DNA of 64,000 nt. Origin: Felixounavirus AN17P8. This document shows positions 30,646-40,083 of this stretch, piece by piece. Below the pieces are notes generated by a model that made no database searches, was not told the DNA's origin, and saw only the letters and a list, made by a program, of their open reading frames with translations. Each line of letters begins with the position of its first letter. Positions within the stretch are counted from its first letter, which is position 1. The translations under genes were made by a program, and so were the position numbers. Location of the stretch: sequence record OZ035742.1; one strand, written 5' to 3'.

Positions 30646-31161
30646 ATGTATCTGTCAAACCTGAAACGTTCGGCTGCAATGTCAGTTCTAAGACTCAGCT
30701 TTGAGGAACGTCAAGAGTTCATTGACTCCCACCAATACGACCCTTCTAACTCGAATCACATGGTTCTTTGGAATCGTGATAACTTCCGTGAAAGAGCACT
30801 TGTCCGTTATTACCCACACTACACAATAGATAACCTGTATGAATGGTGTGTTGTGAAGAACACTATTGCAACACTGAACAATCTTTGCAGGTATACAGGT
30901 AAGCAAGCATTTACATTAGGCCACCACAAACCTGTTACAAAGGGTGGTGAGCATCACTGCGCAAACTGGTTTATCCAGACTAAACTTGATAACCAGAAGC
31001 AAGGGGATAACCTTCTAAGCACACCTAAGATGACCTATGAAGAGCAAGAGAAATATGTCAAAAATAATATGCCAGATGTGCTTGACAACAACTATACAGA
31101 TTTGGCAATATCTCTCCTGTTGAAGTTCGAGACAGTTTATAGGGCAACTTACAATGGCTAA
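30646..31161 (+). CDS. HNH endonuclease
   Basis: LGHHKPVTKGGEHHCANWFIQTKLDNQKQGD resembles HNH catalytic core. Confidence 0.5.
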   Translation: MYLSNLKRSAAMSVLRLSFEERQEFIDSHQYDPSNSNHMVLWNRDNFRERALVRYYPHYTIDNLYEWCVVKNTIATLNNLCRYTGKQAFTLGHHKPVTKGGEHHCANWFIQTKLDNQKQGDNLLSTPKMTYEEQEKYVKNNMPDVLDNNYTDLAISLLLKFETVYRATYNG

Positions 31162-31432
31162 AGAGAAGTGGGAGATTTTACCATTAGTCAGTGAAGGCGG
31201 TAATGGTTGTGAAATGTACATGATACGTGGTCATGTTCCAGAACCAATTGCACTTGAGATGGTAAACAACTTTACAGATGGCTCTTACAAAGACTTAGGG
31301 GAGCCAACTATAAAGCAGCAATGGGTAAAGCCTGTACCAGACAGCACAGGTAACTGTAGTGTACTTTATCACGTTGTAGACCCTGTAAAATGCAAATCTG
31401 CAATGGCAGTAACAAATGTAACTTTTGATTGA
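31154..31432 (+). CDS. hypothetical protein
   Basis: 92 aa, coupled to neighbours. Confidence 0.35.
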   Translation: MAKEKWEILPLVSEGGNGCEMYMIRGHVPEPIALEMVNNFTDGSYKDLGEPTIKQQWVKPVPDSTGNCSVLYHVVDPVKCKSAMAVTNVTFD

Positions 31433-31443
31433 GAGAGAAAACT

Positions 31444-32325
31444 ATGAAAACATCTATCCGTGTTACAGTTCATTCACCAACTAAAGGGACTCATGAAGAA
31501 GAGTTTAACATCGTCCAATTTCCTTCTGGTGAGATTGGTGGACATTTTTCACCAGAGTTTGTTGACTTTACTGCTTATGCTGCATCATCCATCAACAACG
31601 TGATTATGATTGTAAAGGGTTATGACAAAGACACATTATTTGCTGTGGCACTTGCTAAAGAGGCAATTGATGATTTAGTACCTCATAAGTTTGCTATGAA
31701 GACTGCTATCTTTTACTATTTGCCAAATGCACGTTACGACCGTCACATGTTTAAAGGTGATGCAGCAGCTTTGAAAGTGTTTGCACAACAGGTTAATGCA
31801 ATGGGTTTTGATGCAGTCTGTGCAGTTGACCCTCACAGTTGCGTTCCAGATAACCTGTTTAACTGCTTCCAGAGTATTCCTCAAAAGGAGATTGCAGTTC
31901 ACTATGCAAATGACCCTCTGATTGATTACTTAGTAGCCCCAGATGCAGGTGCAGCTAAGAAGATTGCAGAGACTGCTAAAGAGGTGGATAAACCATATAT
32001 CACAATGTCTAAAGTGCGTAACCTTAAGACTGGTGAGATTACGGGTATGCGAATCCTTGATGATGTTGATTTGACAGATAAAACCGTCATGATTCTGGAT
32101 GATATCTGTGATGGTGGTCGAACCTTCGTAGAAGCAGCAAAACATCTTCGTGAAGCAGGTGCAAAACGTGTGGAACTTTATGTAACACATGGTATCTTCT
32201 CTAAAGATGTTGAAAACCTTCTTGACAATGGTATTGACCATATCTACACTACAAACTCTTTAGGGGAAGCTAAAGACCGTGGATTAGCACATTATGCCCA
32301 AGTTACTGTAGCAAACCTTGATTAG
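31444..32325 (+). CDS. ribose-phosphate pyrophosphokinase (Prs)-like enzyme; candidate ADPR-PP synthetase (Adps-like)
   Basis: Prs-family motifs VDPHS, LVAPDAGAAKKIAE, PRPP-binding loop ILDDICDGGRTFVEAAKHLREAGAKRV; start at ATG 31444 with RBS gagagag. Confidence 0.75.
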   Translation: MKTSIRVTVHSPTKGTHEEEFNIVQFPSGEIGGHFSPEFVDFTAYAASSINNVIMIVKGYDKDTLFAVALAKEAIDDLVPHKFAMKTAIFYYLPNARYDRHMFKGDAAALKVFAQQVNAMGFDAVCAVDPHSCVPDNLFNCFQSIPQKEIAVHYANDPLIDYLVAPDAGAAKKIAETAKEVDKPYITMSKVRNLKTGEITGMRILDDVDLTDKTVMILDDICDGGRTFVEAAKHLREAGAKRVELYVTHGIFSKDVENLLDNGIDHIYTTNSLGEAKDRGLAHYAQVTVANLD

Positions 32326-32333
32326 GTAATAGT

Positions 32334-32825
32334 GTGAATAAGGGTTATTTTGAAAAATACCTAATATATGAACCAGATACAGGTTTATTAATTTGGAGAG
32401 TAACCCTTTGCAGTACCGCTATTGCTGGTAATGTGGCTGGCACAAGGTCTAAGAAGGGTTATATCCAAGTCCAGATAAATAAGAAGAGGTACTATGCACA
32501 TAATATTGCATGGATTATGTCTGGAGGTGAGATACCAAGTGGATATGAGGTAGACCACATAGACCTTGATAAAGCTAATAATAAGTTGGAGAATTTAAGA
32601 CTTAGCACAAAGTCACAAAATCAGAGAAATAGGGGTATACACAAGAATAATAAAACTGGTGTGAAGGGTGTAAGTTTTTGTAAACAAACAGGTCTTTACA
32701 AAGCAAGAGTCATGCTTTACTATAAAGAATACTTTTGTGGAAGATTTAAAACGGTAGAAGAAGCAAAAGAAGCTGTAATTAAAAAGCGAATAGAACTTCA
32801 TGGTGAGTTTGCAAGACATAACTAA
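32334..32825 (+). CDS. HNH homing endonuclease with AP2-like domain
   Basis: GTG start; HIDLDKANNKLENLRL (HNH) plus GVKGVSFCKQTGLYKARV (AP2-like); sits between the two NAD+ salvage genes. Confidence 0.7.
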   Translation: MNKGYFEKYLIYEPDTGLLIWRVTLCSTAIAGNVAGTRSKKGYIQVQINKKRYYAHNIAWIMSGGEIPSGYEVDHIDLDKANNKLENLRLSTKSQNQRNRGIHKNNKTGVKGVSFCKQTGLYKARVMLYYKEYFCGRFKTVEEAKEAVIKKRIELHGEFARHN

Positions 32826-32839
32826 GAGAGAGATAAAAT

Positions 32840-34621
32840 ATGAGTAAGTCACTTTACGCAGTACCAGCAGGTCTTAATGCAGATGCTTACAAGGCATCAC
32901 ATATATATCAGTATCCAGATGCTACGCAATATCTTATGTTGAACCTAACACCACGTAGCGACAAATGGTTTAACAGTCCTTTAGCAATTGATGGTGTAGT
33001 GGCTTTTGGTATTCAACGTTTTGTTAAAGATTACTTGATAGACCACTGGAACGCCACTTTCTTTGAACGTGATAAAAAAGAAGCAATTGACGAAATCTTA
33101 GAAGTTATGAATGGTGTTCTGGGTAAAGATGCTATCGGTCGAGAGCATTGGGAAGCACTTCACGACTTAGGCTATCTACCAGTTGAAGTGTACGCTGTAG
33201 AAGAAGGTACAGTTGTTCCTATGCGTGTCCCAATGATTGTCTTCCAGAACACTGTTTCAGGTTTCCATTGGGTAGCAGGTTATCTGGAAGACGCTTTCTC
33301 TGCTGAGATTTGGAAGGCTTGCACCATTGCAACTATTGCATTGCACTACAAACGTATCTGTAAGAAGTGGGCTGACCTCACTTGCGACAACGACTTGCAT
33401 TTACCTTATCAGTGCCATGACTTTGCTATGCGTGGTATGTCCGGCTTTACTGATGACGCATTCAACGCTGTAGGACACTTAACCAGCTTTAAAGGGACTG
33501 ATAGCTTCCCTGCTGTATACACGGCTAAACGTATCTATGGGCAGACCTATCCAATCTCTGATATTGGAAGCTCTGTACCAGCCACTGAACACTCTGTAAT
33601 GTGTGCAAACATTGCTTGGGAAGGTGGTAACGAGTTGGTTGAAGAAGAAAGACGATTTAAAGGTGAGTTGCAAACCTTCCGTCGTTTCTTAACAGAAACT
33701 TACCCAACTGGTATTGCAAGTATTGTTTCAGATACTTATAACTTCTGGAGAACTGTGTCAGAAATCTTACCAGCACTTCGTAAAGAAATTATGGAACGTG
33801 ACGGTAAGCTGGTAATTCGCCCTGACTCTGGAGACCCTGTACACATTGTCACAGGTTATAAAGCAATCCACTTAGAGTGTGCTAAGAAGGCTTATTATGA
33901 GCACCTAAGCAAGCTGGAAGCTAGTGACACAATGTTGAATGCTGTTCTGAACATGAAGCTTGAAAACATCAACTATGGTATTGCTGGATGGCTACTGTCA
34001 GAAGGCTACGAAATGGTTGTTGACAGAGAAGACTTTGAAGTTGCTGATACAGTGATGTTGAAAAATGCTTATATGGTCGGTTCTGCAAACGTTGTAACAC
34101 GTCCTGTAGCTGAAATTGATGGAGCTATTAAGACACTGTACAACATCTTTGGGGGAACTATTAACTCTAAAGGGTTTAAGGTACTGGATGAACATATCGG
34201 CCTTATCTATGGTGACTCTATCACGCTGGAACGTGCAAACGAAATCCTGAAGCGTCTGTATGAAATGGGTTTTGCAAGCTCTAACGTAGTGTTTGGTGTA
34301 GGCTCTTACACTTACCAGTACATGACTCGTGACACCTTTGCATTTGCTGTCAAAGCAACTCTTGCAAGCATTGGTGGTAAAGAGATTATGCTTGCAAAAG
34401 ACCCTAAAACAGATAGTGGTGTTAAGAAGTCTGCCTTTGGTGGTGTAGCACCTATGTGGGACGGTGATAAGCTGAAAGCTGTAGATGGATATGGATTCCA
34501 GAGTTTTGCAGATGTACTTGACCACCCAGCCTGTGCTTTACGTTTAGTCTTTAGTGACTCTGAGCAGTTCGGTTACACGACTCTTGGTGATATTCGAAAT
34601 AATATTGACAAGCAGCTTTAA
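32840..34621 (+). CDS. nicotinamide phosphoribosyltransferase (NAMPT)-like enzyme; candidate nicotinamide ADPR transferase
   Basis: 593-aa NAMPT-family protein: N-terminal YKASHIYQYP, VFGVGSYTYQYMTRDT region; terminator follows. Confidence 0.8.
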   Translation: MSKSLYAVPAGLNADAYKASHIYQYPDATQYLMLNLTPRSDKWFNSPLAIDGVVAFGIQRFVKDYLIDHWNATFFERDKKEAIDEILEVMNGVLGKDAIGREHWEALHDLGYLPVEVYAVEEGTVVPMRVPMIVFQNTVSGFHWVAGYLEDAFSAEIWKACTIATIALHYKRICKKWADLTCDNDLHLPYQCHDFAMRGMSGFTDDAFNAVGHLTSFKGTDSFPAVYTAKRIYGQTYPISDIGSSVPATEHSVMCANIAWEGGNELVEEERRFKGELQTFRRFLTETYPTGIASIVSDTYNFWRTVSEILPALRKEIMERDGKLVIRPDSGDPVHIVTGYKAIHLECAKKAYYEHLSKLEASDTMLNAVLNMKLENINYGIAGWLLSEGYEMVVDREDFEVADTVMLKNAYMVGSANVVTRPVAEIDGAIKTLYNIFGGTINSKGFKVLDEHIGLIYGDSITLERANEILKRLYEMGFASSNVVFGVGSYTYQYMTRDTFAFAVKATLASIGGKEIMLAKDPKTDSGVKKSAFGGVAPMWDGDKLKAVDGYGFQSFADVLDHPACALRLVFSDSEQFGYTTLGDIRNNIDKQL

Positions 34622-34636
34622 AAGTATATGATAAGA

Positions 34637-34658
34637 GGCTCCTACGGGAGCCTTTTTA
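34637..34658 (+). terminator. rho-independent terminator
   Basis: GGCTCC-tacg-GGAGCC-TTTTT after NAMPT-like gene. Confidence 0.6.
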
Positions 34659-34674
34659 ATTTCTGGAGAAAGAC

Positions 34675-35010
34675 ATGAAAATCAAAGAGATGAATATTAA
34701 CGTTGTCTTGGAAGAACGCTGGGAAAACATTAAGAAACCTGAAGATGGTAAAAAGTTTCTTAACAAAATTTTAGTAGCGGCTAAAGAAGAACTGACGGGT
34801 AAGGTTGCAGCAGCAATCACAATAAAGGTTTGTGTAAAAGGTCTTCCACAACATCACCAATTTGCACTTGACGAGTTTAAAGAAAGCTTCTACAATCCAA
34901 ACAAACAGATGCTTGAAAGTAACTTTGCAGTATCTACAAGTATCGTCCATGACAGAAGCTTTATCCTTTACAAAAACATGAGAGGTGAGTCATGCAAGCA
35001 TATTGGATAG
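34675..35010 (+). CDS. hypothetical protein
   Basis: 111 aa, RBS ggag. Confidence 0.4.
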   Translation: MKIKEMNINVVLEERWENIKKPEDGKKFLNKILVAAKEELTGKVAAAITIKVCVKGLPQHHQFALDEFKESFYNPNKQMLESNFAVSTSIVHDRSFILYKNMRGESCKHIG

Positions 35011-35168
35011 AAATTTTACTGTCACTTGGTAGTGTAGCAGTATTTGTTTACCTTCTTTGCAAGTACTATGCAGAGCACAAGAAGTGTGACTACTGTAACG
35101 GAGAAGGGTACACAAGAGCAGGCTGTTGCCCTATGTGTGGTGGTTCTGGTAAAATGTTTAATAAGTAA
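34992..35168 (+). CDS. small membrane-anchored protein with DnaJ-type zinc finger (58 aa, below track cutoff)
   Basis: RBS gagaggtgag; TM helix ILLSLGSVAVFVYLL then CDYCNGEGY...CPMCGGSG (two CxxCxGxG repeats). Confidence 0.4.
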   Translation: MQAYWIEILLSLGSVAVFVYLLCKYYAEHKKCDYCNGEGYTRAGCCPMCGGSGKMFNK

Positions 35169-35196
35169 TTTAACAGTAAACTAAGAGGAAAGTATT

Positions 35197-37563
35197 ATGC
35201 GCATGGTAAACGACCACGCAGAAGTGATTAAGAGTTCAACTTCTTTGGAGACATCTCAAGCACAGATTACAATGACACCTGAAATGTTTAGCCTTCTGAG
35301 TTCTGGTGTATACACGTTTAAAGAGCGAGCAGTGATTCGTGAACTGTCATGTAACGCAGTAGATGCTCAGAAAGAAGCTGGAAAAGAAAACATCCCATTC
35401 CATGTGCATTTACCTACTCGATTTGAGCCTTACTTTGAAGTCCGTGACTTTGGAACTGGTTTAACCCACGACAAAGTAATGAGTTTGTATCTGAACTACG
35501 GGGCTTCTACGAAGAATGACTCTAATGATTACATTGGTGCAATGGGTATCGGCTCAAAATCCCCATTTGCAATTGCTCAGTCATTCACAGTATCTAGCTA
35601 TGTTGATGGTGTTGTTAATAAGTACTCTGTTTACCTTGAGAATGGTATCCCTCAAGTGACTAAGCTTACTACTAACCCAACAAATGAACCTAATGGCTTA
35701 GCTGTACGTGTGGCAGTTGCTGACCACCGTATTTCAAAGTTCTTTGAAGAGGCTGGTCACGTATATTCATACTTTGCTGTAAAACCAGAAAGTAACATTG
35801 TATATGATGACGTGTTAGCAGATATGAACGTCATTGCTCGTGAAGAAGGTGTTTATGACGCTATGATTCATAAGCAAAGCTGGCGTTCTAGTGGTAACAG
35901 GACAGAGTTTAATGTGGTGATGGGTAATATTGCCTATCCAGTGAACATGGAAGCATTACTTGGTGATGATTTCTTCAAAGTCTTGCCAGAGTTTTTCCGT
36001 AGGAGCGTAGACCTTGTAAACATCTACATGCCTATTGGTTCAGTTGCTATAGCAGCTTCTCGTGAAGCATTGCAGATGAATGATACGACAAAAAATGTTA
36101 TCATTGAGGCAACTAAAAAGATAACTGAAGCAATTACAAAGGATGTTATCAAGAAAGTTAATAGTCAACCTACACTCATGGATGCTGCACAGGCTTATGC
36201 TGAGTTACGTTTGAACTCACGAGAAATGTTTAATGCTGTGTGTCCAAAGCTAGAGTGGGGAGGTGTTAAGCTTGATTCTCTGGAAGAAGAATTGCTAAAC
36301 ATTCGTCGTGGGATTATCTACGCAGAAGACGGCTCAGTCATTTATGAACGTGACGGTAAAGGCAATATTAAGGTTGATAGGAACGGAAACAACATCCCTA
36401 AAGTAGATTATCTTTATAACCCAGTTGCTTATGTCAAGTTCAACTCTTTAGAGAGTAAGGTTCGTGCAACAGCACTTTCCTACACTCAAGAGGCAAGTAT
36501 GTTCAATATCTTTGGTGCAATGCGTAAGAGCCAAATTGAACAGTTTTTGTTCGTGATTAATGACCGCCGCAATAAAAACGGTACTGAGAAGACTGTAGGC
36601 CGCAATCAGATTCTGCGTGGTGCATGTCGAGACTATGCCAGTGAGTCAAGTCTGTTTCACAGATACAATGGTATTGTGTTTGTATTCTCGACTGAAAAAG
36701 AGTTAGATGATTTAATCAATCTACACAAACTTGATAAAAGCTTGTTAAAGATTGTGAAAATGTCTGATAAGGAACACCATTACCAGCGCAAAGAAGCTGT
36801 AAGAGGTGTTGTAAAACTCTGGAAAGCAGTTCCAGCAGAATCTGTAGCTTCATACACAGAGGTGTCAGAAGACTTAGACACAATTGAAGAGCCTCAGCTT
36901 TACATTAAGGCAGTAGGTGACACAGTTGATGGCAAATGCTTTTGCTCATCTCCAGAAGATGTAGCTAAGTCAGTTGCTAATGTTATAGGGAAGACAGTCT
37001 ATGTTTTCCGAAAAGCAAATTGGAAAAAGATACCAGAAGACTGGATTGAAGTAGATGAGAAGCTCTTGAACGACAGCTTAACTGATGTTCACTGGATTAA
37101 TCATAACAGGTATATGACACGCATCTACATGAATGGTGTTCTTGACCTTACAAGCAGTTGGATTATTGCCAGAAACTTTACATTCAATAACAGGAAGATT
37201 TCTCGTGGTTATTGCTACTCACGAGATACTAGCAAAACTATCTTCCTAGAAGGTAACGAAGAGGCTGTAGAGGCAATTTTCGGTAAAATCCAGTATGTTG
37301 CTGCACCGTTTGCATACACTTACACTATTAGTGTGTTGAAGACTTTGAAAGAATGTCTTGACAATGATACAAAGCTTTACAAGAAAATTAAGAAAGCTGG
37401 CGACCGCATGGTTATTAAGTTGGCAAACTACCTTTCAAAAAGAAAACAAGAAAACTTCTTGCTTTCCCATTTAGATTGGAATAAAGTGTCACCTATTGAA
37501 GTGAGTAAGTTTTTGGGCTTTAATGTGAAATGTGTTCCAGAAGGTACAACAGTTTACGATTAA
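35197..37563 (+). CDS. rIIA-like protein with N-terminal GHKL ATPase fold
   Basis: GHKL boxes ELSCNAVDA, VRDFGTGL, GAMGIGSKSPF; ~790 aa; followed by an rIIB-sized gene. Confidence 0.55.
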   Translation: MRMVNDHAEVIKSSTSLETSQAQITMTPEMFSLLSSGVYTFKERAVIRELSCNAVDAQKEAGKENIPFHVHLPTRFEPYFEVRDFGTGLTHDKVMSLYLNYGASTKNDSNDYIGAMGIGSKSPFAIAQSFTVSSYVDGVVNKYSVYLENGIPQVTKLTTNPTNEPNGLAVRVAVADHRISKFFEEAGHVYSYFAVKPESNIVYDDVLADMNVIAREEGVYDAMIHKQSWRSSGNRTEFNVVMGNIAYPVNMEALLGDDFFKVLPEFFRRSVDLVNIYMPIGSVAIAASREALQMNDTTKNVIIEATKKITEAITKDVIKKVNSQPTLMDAAQAYAELRLNSREMFNAVCPKLEWGGVKLDSLEEELLNIRRGIIYAEDGSVIYERDGKGNIKVDRNGNNIPKVDYLYNPVAYVKFNSLESKVRATALSYTQEASMFNIFGAMRKSQIEQFLFVINDRRNKNGTEKTVGRNQILRGACRDYASESSLFHRYNGIVFVFSTEKELDDLINLHKLDKSLLKIVKMSDKEHHYQRKEAVRGVVKLWKAVPAESVASYTEVSEDLDTIEEPQLYIKAVGDTVDGKCFCSSPEDVAKSVANVIGKTVYVFRKANWKKIPEDWIEVDEKLLNDSLTDVHWINHNRYMTRIYMNGVLDLTSSWIIARNFTFNNRKISRGYCYSRDTSKTIFLEGNEEAVEAIFGKIQYVAAPFAYTYTISVLKTLKECLDNDTKLYKKIKKAGDRMVIKLANYLSKRKQENFLLSHLDWNKVSPIEVSKFLGFNVKCVPEGTTVYD

Positions 37564-37567
37564 GTGC

Positions 37568-37597
37568 TTGACAAGGGGCTTCAAAGCCCCTTAGAAT
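37568..37597 (+). promoter_or_regulatory. sigma70-like promoter for rIIB-like gene, hairpin in spacer
   Basis: gcTTGACAagGGGCTTCAAAGCCCCtTAGAAT; spacer holds a perfect GGGGCTT/AAGCCCC stem. Confidence 0.5.
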
Positions 37598-37641
37598 AGC
37601 CTCACAAAATGAGTTATTAACTAACAAGAGAGAGTAATAAG

Positions 37642-38751
37642 ATGACTACTAAAACTAAAGCACAGATTGACGCAGAAATTTACAAACTGGTTAAAGAGGG
37701 TAAGCTGACTAAAACAGCTATTGCACAGAAATTTAACACCTCAACACGTTCAGTTGGTCGTGCTGTAGAGCGTCATGAAGCAACCTTAAAAGGTAAGAAA
37801 AAGGTAGCTTCTAAACCAGCTACGAAGACTTTGAAGCAAGTTGCTAAATCAGTTAAAAAGAAAGCTGGAAAACCAGTTGAAAATGTTGTTAAAGAGACTG
37901 TACAAAAGGCTCCGGTAAATAAACTACACGAAGCTATGCAGAATGGTAACCAGATTGAGTATATGATTACTGGCGATTCTATTATCATGACTTTTGGTGC
38001 AGATTCTGAAATCGTTGAATCTACCCATCCGAACTACAAAGAAATCGTAATGGCTGTTGTATCCGGTGAGTATAAGAAAGCTTTCGAACTGATGAACATT
38101 CGTAAGTCTATCGAAAACTTCACTCAGGGTGCTATCACCATCAAAGGTGACAAGTTATTCTATGGTGCTGTTGAGATGCGTTCTACTCTGGTTGACCGTA
38201 TTCTTCACATGATGAAGACTGGAGATAAGGGTTTTGAACGCCTTGTGATGTTCTTCGAAAAACTGATGGAAAACCCATCTAAAGATTCTGTAGAACAACT
38301 TTGGGGATTCGTATCTCACCTTGATGTTGAAATTGATGAAGAAGGCTACATCATTGGTTGGAAGAAAGTCTCTACTCGTGAAGGCAAGCTGGTTGACTCC
38401 CACACCTACAGAGTTCCTAATGATTTGGGTAACATTGTAGAAATGCCACGTTGGATGGTTGATAATAACCGTAACGTGACTTGCTCTCAAGGTCTTCACG
38501 TTGGTGCTTGGGATTACGTTCGTTGCTTCTCAGGCGACACAATCCTGAAGGTTCGTGTCCATCCACGAGACGTTGTATCCGTACCAACTGATTACAACGA
38601 TATGAAGATGCGCTCGTCTCGTTATGAAGTTGCAGCAATCGTTGATAATCAACGTAAAGTGCTGAAAGCATGGGATGGCAAGACTGAAGCTTTACATGTC
38701 ATCGTCGGTACTGCTGGAGAACTTATCTCCCAACGTAAACGTGAAATCTAA
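37642..38751 (+). CDS. rIIB-like protein
   Basis: Position after rIIA-like gene; N-terminal HTH-like LTKTAIAQKFNTSTRSVGRAV; own promoter. Confidence 0.45.
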   Translation: MTTKTKAQIDAEIYKLVKEGKLTKTAIAQKFNTSTRSVGRAVERHEATLKGKKKVASKPATKTLKQVAKSVKKKAGKPVENVVKETVQKAPVNKLHEAMQNGNQIEYMITGDSIIMTFGADSEIVESTHPNYKEIVMAVVSGEYKKAFELMNIRKSIENFTQGAITIKGDKLFYGAVEMRSTLVDRILHMMKTGDKGFERLVMFFEKLMENPSKDSVEQLWGFVSHLDVEIDEEGYIIGWKKVSTREGKLVDSHTYRVPNDLGNIVEMPRWMVDNNRNVTCSQGLHVGAWDYVRCFSGDTILKVRVHPRDVVSVPTDYNDMKMRSSRYEVAAIVDNQRKVLKAWDGKTEALHVIVGTAGELISQRKREI

Positions 38752-38768
38752 TAAGTAATTTCTTAAAA

Positions 38769-38791
38769 GGCTGCTTCGGCGGCCTTTTTTA
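38769..38791 (+). terminator. rho-independent terminator
   Basis: GGCTGC-ttcg-GCGGCC-TTTTTT after rIIB-like gene. Confidence 0.6.
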
Positions 38792-38851
38792 TTTGTATTT
38801 TGTGCAGAGTGCTGTATAATTGTTGTCACGATAAACTAAACAGGAGAACCA

Positions 38852-39400
38852 ATGAAGAAATTGATTCTAGGTTTGTGCTTAATGTTTACAGCACACTTAT
38901 CTTATGCAGTTGACTGCCCAGAGCTATCAATTAGCCAAAAAGTAAACATGTTAAAAGCTTACCAGTATGGTGAGAATAACATGGGTAAAGGTTGGGGTAT
39001 CACTCTAGCTGCTATAGCCTTACAAGAGTCAGAGTTAGGTCTAAAGGTAGAGAATAAAAAGACCCATGACTATGGTATTTTCCAGAATCACTTGAAGACT
39101 GTTGTAAAGCGTAACAAAATCAGTCCTAATGTGGCTAAAAAGAAACTCTTAAAAGACTTTGACTATGCTGCGAAGGAAACGCACAAAGAACTTGAGTTTT
39201 GGACAAAGGTACATGGTCAGCCAAAGTCAAAGAAGACTTTACAAAAAGTTTTAGCGTCATATAATGCTGGGTATTCGTACAGAATCCCTAAAGCTAAGAA
39301 ATATTCTCAAGATGTTTATAACAATATGAAAGTAATTGCTCAATGTGAATTTGCAACAAACATTTCTAAGGTAAACCATGAAAAAATTAAGAAAGTCTGA
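38852..39400 (+). CDS. secreted lysozyme-like / lytic transglycosylase-like protein
   Basis: Signal peptide MKKLILGLCLMFTAHLSYA; ALQESELG...DYGIFQ resembles ES/GxxQ catalytic motifs. Confidence 0.4.
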   Translation: MKKLILGLCLMFTAHLSYAVDCPELSISQKVNMLKAYQYGENNMGKGWGITLAAIALQESELGLKVENKKTHDYGIFQNHLKTVVKRNKISPNVAKKKLLKDFDYAAKETHKELEFWTKVHGQPKSKKTLQKVLASYNAGYSYRIPKAKKYSQDVYNNMKVIAQCEFATNISKVNHEKIKKV

Positions 39401-40073
39401 TGTAGTATTGTGCCATGCTTATGACTTACATCCTCATGAGTTAGGTCTTGATTCCTGTGTATGGACTCCAGAACAGTGCAGGGATTTTGAAGACACCGCA
39501 AGAGAAGTTGTATGTTCACTTGAAGAGTTCCACACATCAGAACCAATTGTGAACGTTGTGGACAAAGAGACTGGACAATCCATAGGTGTAAGACGTGATA
39601 GTTTAGTCATAGTTAATAAAGACCTTATAGAAAAAGGGAATCTCATCTTAGCAGATATTGATGGTGTTCTTACAAATTTTAATCACGAAGATTGTTCAAC
39701 GGAATTGACTGATGGTTCATTTTCACAGTACACTAATCTTCTTGATTCTGTAAGAGCAAAACCAACGTATGTTTTCAATATCATTGATGCAATTGCTAAT
39801 CATGCTGCCGTTGGACTCTTGACAGCGAGAGGTGAATCTCAGAGAATACCCACTGAGATGTTTTTAAGGCATAACACGGAGCATGACTACATGCTTTTTA
39901 TGCGTGGTTTTGGGACTAACTCTATAAGTGCAGAAAGTTTGAAAGTGAGGATGATTCAGTCTTGCATTCTGCCTTACTTTAATATAGTATGTTTTATAGA
40001 AGACACAGAGAAGAATGTGCAGAAGGTGAACAGAATCCTTCCACACATCAAAACCATGTTAGTTAAACATTGA
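39378..40073 (+). CDS. HAD-like hydrolase domain protein
   Basis: HAD motif I ILADIDGVLT and motif II GLLTARGE in C-terminal half. Confidence 0.45.
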   Translation: MKKLRKSDVVLCHAYDLHPHELGLDSCVWTPEQCRDFEDTAREVVCSLEEFHTSEPIVNVVDKETGQSIGVRRDSLVIVNKDLIEKGNLILADIDGVLTNFNHEDCSTELTDGSFSQYTNLLDSVRAKPTYVFNIIDAIANHAAVGLLTARGESQRIPTEMFLRHNTEHDYMLFMRGFGTNSISAESLKVRMIQSCILPYFNIVCFIEDTEKNVQKVNRILPHIKTMLVKH

Positions 40074-40083
40074 GAGAAAACTT

